From assembly GCA_046761065.1 (NCBI GenBank), contig JBHIFL010000050.1, positions 1 to 29,203 of the forward strand: DNA of 29,203 bases, given 5' to 3'. Positions 28,680 to 29,203 of the stretch are shown piece after piece. Below the pieces are notes generated by a model. That model ran no database searches and had not been told where the DNA came from. It was given only the letters and a program-made list of their open reading frames with translations. Source of the stretch: Candidatus Heimdallarchaeota archaeon. GTDB taxonomy: Archaea; Asgardarchaeota; Wukongarchaeia; Wukongarchaeales; JBHIFL01. Position numbers and translations under genes: made by a program. The first letter of the stretch is position 1, and each line of letters begins with the position of its first letter.

Positions 28680-29168
28680 TCAAAATGTATATGTTTCTCC
28701 ATGTAGGGAGAGGTGAAGCTGTTTTGTAAACTCTTTAAATTGTTCCGGGTGTTCAGTATGAATTGGAATGGTGAGGACAGGATCTAGGATTTCAATCATT
28801 GTTGCAATACTCTCCTGCGTGGCATGACCCGAGGTATGCGCGGAATCAAATGTCATATTACAAACACGAATCCAGTTTTGTAACTTCCTGAATGTGATTT
28901 CAGCTTCTTCATTATAAGGTTCAGATCGCCCATAAACAAATACACCATTAATATCTCGGCGCTTTTCCTTGAATTGGAGCAATTGAGAGATCCCATTACT
29001 TGTGCAGAGGAGATAATTCTTCCCATTCGCAAGGATCCGTTGCCGCCCTTCTGGTCCCCAAACAAAGAGATCATCCCGTTCCAGGTTTTCCAAGAGAATT
29101 TTTTCATGCAGCCTTCTTCCAATTCGGAATGTTTCTATGTATCTTTTTTCTCCTATTATTTTTTTATC
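28680..29168 (-). pseudogene. C-terminal fragment of an RNase J-like/beta-CASP metallo-beta-lactamase
   Basis: HTSGHA and IPIHTEHP motifs; frame closed upstream by TGA near 29170, with stops in all three frames before the window edge. Confidence 0.6.
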
Positions 29169-29203
29169 TCAAGTCGGTCAGGAGTGAGAGGGCTGCCCGG
29201 CAA

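Noticed and set aside
1-29203. CRISPR array, rRNA, tRNA, transposase or integrase genes
   Set aside because: None recognised in the window

Overview
Archaeal chromosomal window; a roadblock/LC7 gene plus methanopterin, CooC and tungsten-AOR genes suggest an anaerobic Asgard-like archaeon (inference only). Bases 384-3646 hold roadblock, uppS, a degenerate NYN protein and a coiled-coil protein. Bases 4048-13889 form a modified-folate/methanopterin biosynthesis cluster (PurM/HypE-like, DUF447, mptG, DUF1464, DHPS-like, two tandem nucleotidyltransferases, mptE, PTPS-III). Next come cooC and a TIGR04076/4Fe-4S/AOR operon, then mixed accessory genes: two methyltransferases, an amber-interrupted YcaQ-like glycosylase, AbrB, a fucose isomerase-like protein, DUF2270, DUF763, a ClpP-like protease, a HAD hydrolase, a dipeptidase and a truncated MBL. 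The main unexplained signal is a non-coding, structured leader of at least 184 nt found twice (12448-12631 +, 18044-17861 -). The copies align without gaps at about 64% identity (hand count) and both end exactly at the ATG of unrelated pterin-linked genes. This is a candidate novel riboswitch-like or mobile leader element. All family calls come from motif recognition, not database searches.
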